Of a stretch of DNA of 64,000 nucleotides, positions 11,901 through 22,800 are shown in pieces. Origin of the DNA: Cyanophora paradoxa CCMP329 (Eukaryota > Plantae > Glaucophyta); assembly GCA_004431415.1 (NCBI GenBank), contig QPMI01000436.1, forward strand, positions 248,001 through 312,000, given 5' to 3'. The translations under genes and the position numbers were made by a program. Each line of letters begins with the position of its first letter. Position 1 is the stretch's first letter. The notes under the pieces were generated by a model. The model made no database searches. It was not told the DNA's origin and saw only the letters and a program-made list of their open reading frames with translations.

Positions 11901-12939
11901 CCGAGCGCGCTCGCCACGACCAGGACGCGCCGGCCTGCCCCGGATCAAATCAGATCAGATCAGATCAGATCTGATCTGATCCGATTTGAGCGCACTGTTG
12001 GAGACGTTGAGCAGGATGAGGAGGGGGCAGACGGCCGCCAGCCAGCCCCGCACGGAGAGCTGCGGGAATGGCGAACGGCGGCGTCAGCTTGGGAAGCGCG
12101 GAAGAGAGCGTACCCCCGCGCCTGGGGGAAGACGGTGGCGAGGGTGTGCGCGATGACGAGGTTGAACGAGACCAGTACCCCCCAGAGCCCCGCCACGACC
12201 TGCCCGAGAGCGCCCGCGCCCGCGATCAAATTCGGAGGGCGCGGCGCAGCATGGCGCGGCGCGCATGGCCGTCCGCTCGCGCTCGCGCACCGCAAAAAGT
12301 ACGGCGCTCCGGCCGACTGCGCCGTACGCCTCCCGCCCGATCTCAGCGAAGCAGTCCTCGCCCTATGCATGCGCATGCGTCAGCGTGCGGCGTCAGCGCG
12401 CGCCCGGGCGCTGGCCCGGAGCCCGGGGCCAGCGCGTGCGCGGATCCCTGAGGCACAAGCCAGCGCTATGGGCATGCACCTGTATGCCAGCTTCTTTCCT
12501 CGATGCGAGGAGCATTCTGCACGAGACTCTGCGGGCGCGCAGGGCCGAGGCGGCGTCAGCATTAGCTAGCGCGCTCCCTGCAGCTTCGAGAGCCGGAGAG
12601 AGATGAGTCACCTGCATATCGCAGCTAGGAAGACGAAGCCCAGAAGCCCCGGAATGATCCCGAATCGCGAAACGGCGTAGGGCAACGCCAGGACGCCGGC
12701 ACCTGCCATGCTGTCAGCGCGGCGCGAGCGACTCGATCGCACCGCGAGAGGAAGCATGTAAGCACACTGCCCACGCCGGCACGCGCGCTCCGCGAGAGCC
12801 GTGCTTGCGCATGCGCACCGGTGAAACTTCGCACCAGATTCCCGAAGACGGCGAGCGGCGAGAGCTCGAGGGCCTCCGATGCGGACGACGCGCCCGCATC
12901 GGTCGGCAGGAGCGGCGCGCGCTCCGCGGCCGAGCTCAT
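8408..12939 (-). CDS. Amino-acid transporter, Aa_trans family (AVT3/SLC36-like)
   Basis: Spliced exons give FGNLVRSFT|GAGVLALPYAVSRFGIIPG, FAEIGREAYG, SALGNVVL, FFGVATFSFTVQTT|ILPMEAAM, YAAFG, FTSLVGSL, ILPPLFY, with many TM segments; stop at 8408. Confidence 0.9.
10324..10594. repeat. ~125-bp intronic tandem repeat carrying three copies of a splice donor
   Basis: GGGCGCACGAGGGCGATGGCC at 10324, 10452 and 10575 with a repeated AAGCTTCT/AACATCC body. Confidence 0.9.
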
Positions 12940-13680
12940 GTGAAAATGGGCGGATCGCGGGCCCGCGTACGCATACGCGCGAACGAAGTGCGCTGTATCC
13001 CTTACGATCGCCGCAAGGCAACAGGGGTGCGCCATCGAGCGATCCGGCGTTCATGTGGATCGTGAAAAGCTCCTAAAGCTGCCGGCGCGACCGTCGGACG
13101 TGCACAGGTAGGCAGCCCTCGCGCCCGCATATGCATGTCGGTATCGCTGCGCGCCCGGCCCCGGCCCGATCGTGATCCTGTGAGCGCAGATCCGCACTCT
13201 GATGCTCATTGGATCTCGAGGCGTGACGAGCTCGAGCAGCGAGCGAACGTCGGCCAGCACCGAGCCGCGAACTTGCAATTGAGGTCTATCTGCGGCCTAA
13301 GGCGACTCTGGCATCGATCGCTCCATCTGGGGAGGCTGTAGAGGAACCGCGCGGCTGCAGATCTAGATCTCCGCCACGCGCGATCTCCGCGCGCGCGCCG
13401 GCCGCGGCGCGGCCTGCATGCGCAGCTGCAGCTGCAGCTGGCACCTCCGATCCGTGCGCATGCGCAGCGCGTCCGCGGCCCGGTGCGCCCGCCCACGCGC
13501 CCCACCTGCGTGCGCCCGCACGCGTACGCGCCCGTCCCGCATGAGCTGATGATGACCGGCCGCGCATGCGCATGCGCAGATCCAGCTGCAGCTCTCTAGC
13601 TAGAGACAGAACCTCTCGACCGCGGGCCGGCCGCGGCAGCAGCTCACAGGCCTAGGTCGTAGCTTCCTACGCATTTAGCG
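12940..13680. promoter_or_regulatory. Divergent (bidirectional) promoter region
   Basis: ~740 bp between head-to-head ATGs at 12939 (-) and 13681 (+); rich in TGCGCATGCGCA palindromes. Confidence 0.5.
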
Positions 13681-15363
13681 ATGGATACGGAGGCTTCAGC
13701 GACGGGAGAGGCTCCTCTGGACGCCCCGGCCGCCTCTCCCACCGCGGCCGCCCCCGCCCCGGCGGCCCTGCGGGACCCGCTGGAGCATCTGCTGGAGCGG
13801 CGCGCGGCCGGCGCGGCGGCCGGCGCGGCGGGGTCCGCCGCCATGCCGGCCCTCTCGCCGATCGCTCTGGAGCCGCCGCGGCCAGATCCAGAGCCCGAGG
13901 CGGACTGGGATCCGGAGGCTCTGGCGCTGGAGGCGGAGGCCGCGGCCGCGGCCGGGCCGCCCTCCGTGGATCCGGAGCTGGACCGGATGGACGAGGCCGG
14001 GCAGGCCGCCGACGAGCGCGCCGTGGAGGAGGAGCTGGCGCGGCTCACGGGCGAGGCGCGCCGCGAGGACTGCTGGTGCGCTCCAGATCTAGGTCTAGGT
14101 CTTCGAATTCGAATCTTCGAATTCTAGTACCTAATTGTAAAGCGAATCTTCTAGTGAGCTCTCGATCTATAGCTAGAGTTTCGATTCGGATCTTCTAGTA
14201 CCTAACGCTCGCGCGCCGCGCGCGCCGCGCAGGGAGGTGGACGTGACGCAGCGGTGCCAGCGCGAGTGGCGCAAGCTCGGCGCGCCGCTGCAGCACATCG
14301 TGCTGCACAAGCTTCGCGAGCTGGTTGCCGGTCGCGAGGGGCGCGCGCACCAGACGAACACGGCCAAGTGGCTGAACGTGCGTCGATCCCGACTTCGATC
14401 CCGAAGCCCCTCGTTGCTTCGATCCCGATGCTCGTTGCTTCGATCCCGACAGAGCGGGGGCGGCCTGAACCTCATGGAGAGCTGGATGGGCCGGCGCGGC
14501 CAGGGCAAGGCCTTCCGTCTGCTGTGGGAGGAGGTTCGCATCTCGACTTTCAACTCTTTCGCGTGCCTTCGTTTAATTAATATATATGCGCGCGCCTGGC
14601 CGCAGGTATGGGCATGGTCGGAGACATTCGACTGCTGGCGGGATCGGATCCTTCTCTGGTAGGCATCCTCTCCCAACTGATAAAATTGGATCGATCGATC
14701 TTTACTTCGTCAATCTCACGTTTGCGCGCGCAGGGGACCGTGCCACAAGAACGACATCCACCGAACCGTCGGGCACATCATGAAGGCGCACAGGAGGCGG
14801 GCGGCGCTAGAGCGCGAGGCGCCGCCCCCGAGGCCGCCGGAGCGGCCGCTGCGCTCCGGCGGCGTGGTGCGGCCGCGGCGGCTCCAGGCGGGGCTCGGGA
14901 GGACGGAGAAGGCCGGAGAGGCCGCAGCGAGATTCGACCCGGACTACACTTTGGGGCTGGAGGCCCTCTCCCTTCCCAGGGCGGCGCCCGACGAGCCCGG
15001 AGCACCCGGGCGGACGTCGACGCGCGGGGGCCTCTCCAGCCGGGGTGCAGCATTCATGTGAAGCATAGACCACCTGAAATTTGAATTTGAATTCCGGCGC
15101 GCAGACAAGGAGGAGCTGGCGCGGGTCCGCGCCCGCGCGGGCGAGCTGGCCCGGCGCGAGCTCTCCGGCCGCGGCCGGGATTCGAACCCCGGCAGCGGCC
15201 TGGCCGGGCGCGAACGCGCGAGACACGTCCAGGCCGTCGAGTGCGCCGCGCCCCCTACCCCCCTCCTCTCCCCCTTCCCCTCCATCCCCCCCCCCCCCCC
15301 CCCCTCCACCCTGGCCTTCCCTCCCCTCTCCCACCCCCTCCCCTCCCATCCGCCCCCCCCCCG

Positions 15364-15396
<33 letters not shown>

Positions 15397-16810
15397 CCCA
15401 CCCCCCACACCACCCCCCACCCCTTATTTCATAATTCTCTTTGCTTTATATAGTTCAAACTTAGTGCTTCGGGCTCTATCCCCTCTAGATCTTGCGCCTT
15501 TCTAGCTTATAAAATTAAGCTTTAGTTTGATATTAATGTTTTGAACTTCAACACTACGTTAACTTCGAAATTCAACGCTTACGCTAACCTCCTCGACGTT
15601 GCAGGCAGGAGTGCGCGATCATCTGCGCGGAGGGCCCCCTCGTGGTCGTCGGGCGGTCCGGCACGGGGAAGACAGCCTGCGCCCTCGCCCGGTGCCCTCC
15701 CGGCCTCCAATAAATTCGACTGGCTTCGCTTCGGAAATCGGATAATTCTAGATACATTCTTCTGCTTCTTTTGATCTTGATGCTAGATTCTAGATAGGAA
15801 TCTGATATCATGAGAGAAGCCTCCATTTGAAAATCTATGGACTCTATGGACGTTCTAGAAACTATGATAGAGCTCTGACATTGTTCCGGCAGGATCTGGT
15901 CTCGCTACCACGCGTACTTCAGCATCAGCCGCGGCGTGCCCCTCCTCGACTCCGGCGCGAGCCACCTGCGCATCGTCTACATCACGACGAACTCGATGCT
16001 GCTCAAGAAAGTTCAGCGGGATTTCACTGCTCTGGTGAGCAAGCTCAAGTCGGCTCTGCTTGGCCGGTACAATTTAAGCATTAATGGTTTGCGCAGGAGC
16101 CGGAGCACATGCTCCTCGCGCCGCCCGGCGAGCAGCAGCAGCAGCAGCAGCAGGAGGCAGCCGCCGCCGCAGCCGCGGCCGCGGAGGGCGAGGGCCGCGG
16201 GCGGCAGCGCCGGAGCGAGGCCGCGCCGCTGGGTTCCGGCGACGGCGACCTGGGCGACTGCCTCGCGGACCTGAGGGACGACGCGTACCCCCTGTTCGGT
16301 GCCCCCACCCCCTACCTTTTAGCTTAAGAATTGAATTAAAGCTTCCTACACTAGCCAAAAGACTGAAGATTAAAGCTTCCAAAGCTTAAGCGGGCCTTCA
16401 GATTGAAGCTTCCGTCCCGCCCAAACCGAGTGCTCGCCGAGTCGGTTTTATTTCTGCCGCAGTGACGGCCCGGCGGGACGCAATTGCAAGCGGCTCTAGA
16501 TCTGCGCGGCTCTTTAGGATTAAGATATTTAGGCGTTTATGATATAAGGCCTCCGACTCTTAAGCGTTTACGATTATATTAATTAAGCTTTAGCTTCTAT
16601 CAGCGCTCTCTCATGGGCTAATTGTTTCTGTTTTTTGCTGCCGCAGTGACGGGCCGCAAGTGGCTCGACCTGGTGGACGGGACGCTCGAGCGCCCGTTCT
16701 TCCCGCGGGGCGAGGGCGGGAGGATCGCGGGGCGCCCCGGGCGCTGGGTGGACGACGAGTTCTTCGCCTCGAAGCTCTGGGGTGACCTGGCGCGCGCCGC
16801 GCAGCGCAAG

Positions 16811-16841
<31 letters not shown>

Positions 16842-19800
16842 GCAAAGCGACCCAGCAGCCGCCGCCGCTGCCGCACTCGCAGCTCGTCTGGACGGAGTTC
16901 ATGTCCCTGATCGCGTGAGCGCTGGCGCGGGCGCCGCGCGCCTTGTGTTCTTTCCCATCGAAATCACTAATCTTAAGCGTCTTGGGATTTTGGCTCGCAG
17001 CGGAAGCGTGGAGAGCCTTCAGACGGAGGACGGGTACGTGGACCTCGCGACGTACCAGGAGATGGGGCGGAACCGCTCGCGCCTGGCGAGCGACCGCGAG
17101 GTGCGCTAGCGCTCTATATAGATCTTAGGAGGGAAGTTTAATTGATGTCGTTGGTGAGCTGCGCGGCTTTATATATATGATTTAGCCATGGCCATGGCCA
17201 TAGCTCAATGTGATCTTTTTCATTAATTGGAGGTGCGCTTCCTATGGTGCGCGCGCACTTGTAGCTCTATATAGCTCTATATATATAGCACTATGTTTAT
17301 CCATGGCCATATCTCTATATGATCTTTTTCATTAATTGGAACCGCTCGCGGCCGGCGGGCGACGCGCAGCGGGCGCTGGTCCACGAGCTCTACGGGCAGT
17401 ACCGTCGGGTCAAGGAGGCGGACCGGCTCTTCGACGTGACGGTCAGCGTTTATTTATTCGGGATCGTTCAATTTGATCAGGAGATTATCAAGACTTCTGA
17501 AATCACCGTTGAACTTTAACTGGCAAATAAATCAGCAGTTGGTTAATCCATAAATCGTTTGCTTAACCCGGCCAGAATATGAATGCACCGCCTTTTAAAT
17601 AATCTGCTGACCGCTGTGCCTCATGATCAGGACGTGGTGCATCACATCTACCGCGAGGTCAAGGCGGGGCGGCGCCGCCCCGTCCCCATCCACGAGCTCG
17701 TCGTCGACGAGGCGAGCTCAAGCGCCCTTTGATTTCCTCCACGAGCTTTAAGCCAATTTGATTTGCCCTTAAGCCATACATAGCCGGTCTCCCCTTTATT
17801 CGGATCCAGATCCAGATTATATTTGTAGTGCGAATTTCTTCCTCGCGCGGCTTTAAAACCTCTCGGGGCTGGGCCGTCCTCGAACCTCTCGCGCCCGGGC
17901 CGGCCTCACGGGCCGGCCTTGCAGGTGCAAGACTTCACGGGGGCGGAGCTGGGCCTCGTGGCGACGCTCGCCTCGGACCTCGGGGGCCTCTTCTTCTGCG
18001 GCGACACCTGCCAGACCGTCGCCCGCGGTGCGCCTTATAATTACCATGGCCTTCTTAACTACACTTCACTCGAGCTCATACATTCATTTCTAGGCCTCGC
18101 TTGTTCTTATGCTCTCGTTTCCAGGCCTCGCGTTCCGCATCTGCGACCTGCGGTCCGTCCTGCACCACCTCTTCGGGAAGGGCGCGCCCCTCCGCCTCGA
18201 CCACCTCTCCCTCGTGCGCGGCGCCGGCGCGCTTCTCGCGCGCCAGAGATAACGCTCTGACTCGCGATCGGGCTTTAATTGACGCCCAAACAATGTTAAC
18301 GTTATCGCGTTTTTGCGCGTGGCCAGAACTACCGCTCGCACGACGGCATCCTGGCCTGCGCCGCCGTCTGCGTCGACATGCTCCTCGTCCTCTTCCCCAA
18401 GGAGATCGACGAACTCCCTCGCGACCAAGGCGCGTGCACGGTTGACATGTCGACTTCGCTCGACTCTAGATCTGATAATCCTGTGCCATGGCCAGGCCTT
18501 CGCTCGGGGCTTCCGCCGTCCCTGCTCCGCGCGTCCAGCGAGCCCAGCCTCACCACATTCCTCTTCGGCTCCGCTGCGTCTTCGAATTCGGGCGGCGCGG
18601 CCCCCTCCTTCGGGCCCGACCAGGTCAATATTTCCGCGCTCTCTGTATATTTAAACCTGGAAACTTTATATCGTTTAAACAATGAATATACAAACCTGGA
18701 AACTTTATATTGTTTACACTCGCGCTTTAATTTCTGATCTGATCTGTGATCTTTGAGCTGTGGCCAGGTCGTCATCGTGCGGAGCGTGGCCAGCGCGCGG
18801 GGCGAGCGGCTGCGGGCGCAGCTGCGGCGCCTGCTCAGCGACTCGATCGTGTTGACGGTGGAGGAGGCGAAGGGCCTCGAGTTCGAGGAGGTCCTCCTGT
18901 GCGCTTTCCGTTCTCTATATAATCCTTGAAATATTAATTTGACGTCATTTACACTTTGATTCTCTATATAAACATTGCATGAAACTTTGCACTACCTTCC
19001 CTGACATTCTATATTATTACGAAACGGCTGATGGCCGCGGGGCAGGTTCAACTTCTTCACGGACGGACCGGCCTTGGACGAGGGCCCCGCCGCGGCCGCG
19101 GGCCCCAAGCGGGGCGGGAAGGAGGCCCCGCTCCTCCCCGAGGAGCTGAGGCAGCGGGGCTCGGCGGCGCGCGCCCGCATGTGGCAGGGCGCGGTGCAGG
19201 CGGGGCGGGAGGAGGTGCTGGCGCGCGCGAGCCCCGCCGCGCATTTGGACCCGGATCCGGCCGAAGCTAGCGCCGGCCGCGGGCCCTCCTCGCGATCGGT
19301 CCGTCGACGCCGTCACCTCGAATTCCATCAATGTTTCGACGCCTTTCGCTTACTTTTCGCGTTTTCGAAGGCACACTTCGACCCGTACGCCAACCGCCTC
19401 GTCGCGACGGAGCTGAAGCACCTGTACACGTCGCTCACCCGTGCCAAGACCGCCGTCTGGTGCGCGCCTTCTTAGAAACTTGATCTAATCCAATTTCGAT
19501 TCACGTTGCAATATTAATAGGATCTTTGACGAGGACGAGAAGGCGCGGAAGCCGATGTTCGATCTGCTCGCCGAAGCGCGCGTCGTCGAGGTCCGCTTGC
19601 AACTGGATCTAGATCGCTCGATTAAATTTCTTTCGTTCGACTTGAGCTCTGTGTTTACGTACATGTACAGTCCGTCGCGGAGGACGCGGCGATGGCCATG
19701 GGCGGCGTCGCGCTGTCGAGGGCGACCGGCACGCCGGAGCAGTGGCGGCGGCGCGGCCTCTCGTACATGGAGGCCGGCCTGTTCGGGCAGGCGGAGCTCG

Positions 19801-22800
19801 CGTTCCGCAGGGGCGGGGACGAGCGGCTCGCGTCCGTCGCCCGCGCCGAGGTCGAGCTCGCCGCGGCCGGTTCGCAATTTCTATAAACGGATTCTAAGCA
19901 ATCATGAAGTTCGAATTATTTCAGACGCTGTCAAGGACGAGCGCAAGCGGAAAGGAAGGCTGCTGGTCGCCGCGAGGCTGTTCGAGAGCGCGGACGAAAA
20001 GTCGCGCTCCGCCGACTGCTACGAAGCGTGCGCTCTTCTCTGCCTTGTCCTCCGGATCCCCGTCCTGCGTGTAAAATTCTTACACTTGACACAGCGTGGG
20101 CGACCGCGAGAAAGCACGCAGCGTCGGCGGGCTGCCCTGGTTGGAGCAATGGGCGGCGAAGCTGCTCTCGAAGAGCGGCTGTGAGGCCGCGGTGTATGGG
20201 GAGGCGGCCAAGGAACTCGAGCTCGCGCAACTGGCATCGGCGGACTTCGACGGCAGCAGCGGCAGCGCGGTCGGGTCTGCAGAGCGAGAGGAGATGCAGG
20301 AGCTCAAGAGCTCGCTGCGAGCACGGGCCGCCGAGCTCTTCGGGCGGGCGGCGGCGGTCGGGCAGAAGTCGCAGGCCCCTCGGAAGCAGGTGCACGCTTG
20401 GGCGACGCAGGCGGTGGATATCTGGTTGGACTTGGGCTCGCGTTTCGCACACGCTTCCAATTCCGCCGAGGTGCGCCGCACATATCTTCCACGAAATTCG
20501 ACCGACCCTCGAACTGTCTTTAATTTGACTGCCGTTTTTGGCGCAGTCGTTCCGCGTCTTCGCTGAAGTCTGCGACACGAGCGACGGCGACACGAGCAGG
20601 CTGCTCTCGCTGCGGGCGGCGGCTCGGCGGACCCGGGACACCGGGGCCCTGAAGAGGGCGGCCGAGCTGGAGTGCGCGAGGATGGTGCGGGCGGCAGAGG
20701 CGGCGGACCAGCGGGCCAAGGAGGCGCTCGGGCGGTGCGCGTGGCGGGAGGGCGAGGACCTGGCGAGGGAGGCCGTCGCAAGGTGGGCGGAGCTGCAGAG
20801 GCGCGCCCCGAGAGCCCACGCGCAGCACCGCGAGGCGGCCGACGCGGTGCGTGCGCTTTACTTGTGCGCGCGATTTGTAGATCGGCCGAGCAGCTGACGA
20901 TCGGCGCAGGCGGTTGTGCGGCTCGCGACCGCCCTGTGCACCCTGGCGGGCCTCTCCAAAGGAAAGGAGCCGCGTCTCGCGGCCTCCCGCGTCACCGAGG
21001 CCGTGGAAAACCTTGCGGGCATTACTGCCCGCTACGGGCCGGCGCGCAGCCTCGTCATGCGGATGCTCGGCGGATCGCTGAAGCTCGGCCCTTGCGGCTC
21101 GTGGGCAATGCTGCACAGGAGGCGGACCGCACTGGCAGCGGCACTCGCCTCCGTTATCAGTGGCGTGCGCACGGACGTCGACCGCGACGCCGACATGGCC
21201 AGGGCGTGCGCAGCAGTAGCCGATCACATCACCGACTGTCTTCTCGAGTCAGTCGATGACCGTATCATGTCGGTATTCTATACCTGTGCGGTCTCAGCGG
21301 CCATGTTTTGGCAGCATGCGGGCCGCTTTGCCACAGACAGCAAAGAACGCGCATCGTTTGCGTTTGCAGCAATGGAGATGTGGTTTATGGCGGTTTCCGG
21401 ATATCGATCCATCGATATCGGAACTCGCCCGCACGTTAGCGCTTCCATGGTAAGAGCTTCGAATTTCGAATACTGCTTCGCCATCTTATAATGAATATTA
21501 GATCTACTTATTATTTACAACCGACATTCATACTGTTCCTTCGCAGGCTAACGCTTGTCACCTTCTTTCCCGGGAGCTCGTCGAATGCGGGTTCGAGTTC
21601 CTCGACGACGCCCTTCGCGTGGCCCGCATGGCCGCGGACTTGGACCCGACGGACGACGCCCTCCGCTGGCTCGGCAATCTGCAGCGAATGCTGGAGACAG
21701 TCGAGCATTCCCAGGCTTCCGTGGACATGTGCGCCGTACCGGTGCCCGACCAGACGCAGCAGCTCGCGGAACGCGCCTGCGAGGACGGCCGCTGGGACGA
21801 GGCCGAGCGCCACGCCCGGTCGGCTCTGACCGGCTGGCAGGCGCTTCGCGAGAAGGCGCAGGAGCCAAACAAGAGCGCCGCATGCACCCGGGCAGCCCAC
21901 GAGGTGCGACCGGCAGGGTCAAGCTGCAGCTTGAAGCCGACTCCAGAGATTCATTTGCCCAAATTAACCTTAATTCAAAGATCGCTCCCGTTTGTGACGC
22001 CGGAAAACCGCGCAGACGTCGCTGCTGCTCGCGCGGGCGCTCGTCGGGCAGCAGCGGCCCGAGGACGCCCTGCTCGCGCTGGGCGAGTCGTTCCTGCGGG
22101 ACACGGCGGCCGCGGACCTCCTCATCGCTGCGCTGGAGGCGGCGAAGCAGAAGCCACCGGAGACGACGGAGACCCTCCGGCAGAGGGTGGCGGCCATGTG
22201 GCCGATCGTCGAGTCCGACTGCGAGCACCTCAAGAAACTCCCGTCCGACTATCTCCACAAGATGTACTACGCCGCCGCGGAGAGCCTCGTCATCCACGCG
22301 CCGCGAGGCGAGATCGACCTCCGCGAATTCGTGATCAGCCAGCGAGTGCAGGCGATTTTCTGGCGGCGCGCAGCGGACGTGACCATAGATTCGACTTTGA
22401 TGGAGAAGTGCGGGCGCAACGCCGTCGAATCGTGGAAGCGCTCGAATCCGCACGCGAGCCCTACTGGCCACGTCGACGTGCGCATGCGCAGTCCGGCCTC
22501 GAAACGCTTAATTATTTTTTTGGCTGCGCGCTGCTGATTTATTAATTACATCGTTGTTTCGCATGCACAGGGGGCGCACATCTACACTCGGCTCGCGTTG
22601 TCGCTGGAGAACCAATTCAAACTAACGGAAGCGATGCACTGCATAAAGCACGCGCTGCATCACGGCCCAAACGACCCGACCGCGACCCAGGCGCGGGCGA
22701 GGCTTCAGAAACTCCACCCGCTGATGGTCAAACAAGCCCGGATCCAGCTGCACGCGTTCACGGTGGCGCACCGCACCGAAATGGGCTCGGAGACGCCGCG

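Noticed and set aside
9030-11979. Long Pro- or Gly-rich ORFs (359 and 405 aa)
   Set aside because: Read-through of C/G-run introns of the transporter gene.
13455-13580. NRF1-like TGCGCATGCGCA sites as specific promoter elements
   Set aside because: The same palindrome recurs in introns (12806, 22479), so specificity cannot be supported.
15170-15255. tRNA-like T-arm CCGGGGTTCGAATCCCGG on the minus strand
   Set aside because: No valid anticodon arm or A-box; it lies within a helicase exon (GRDSNPG).
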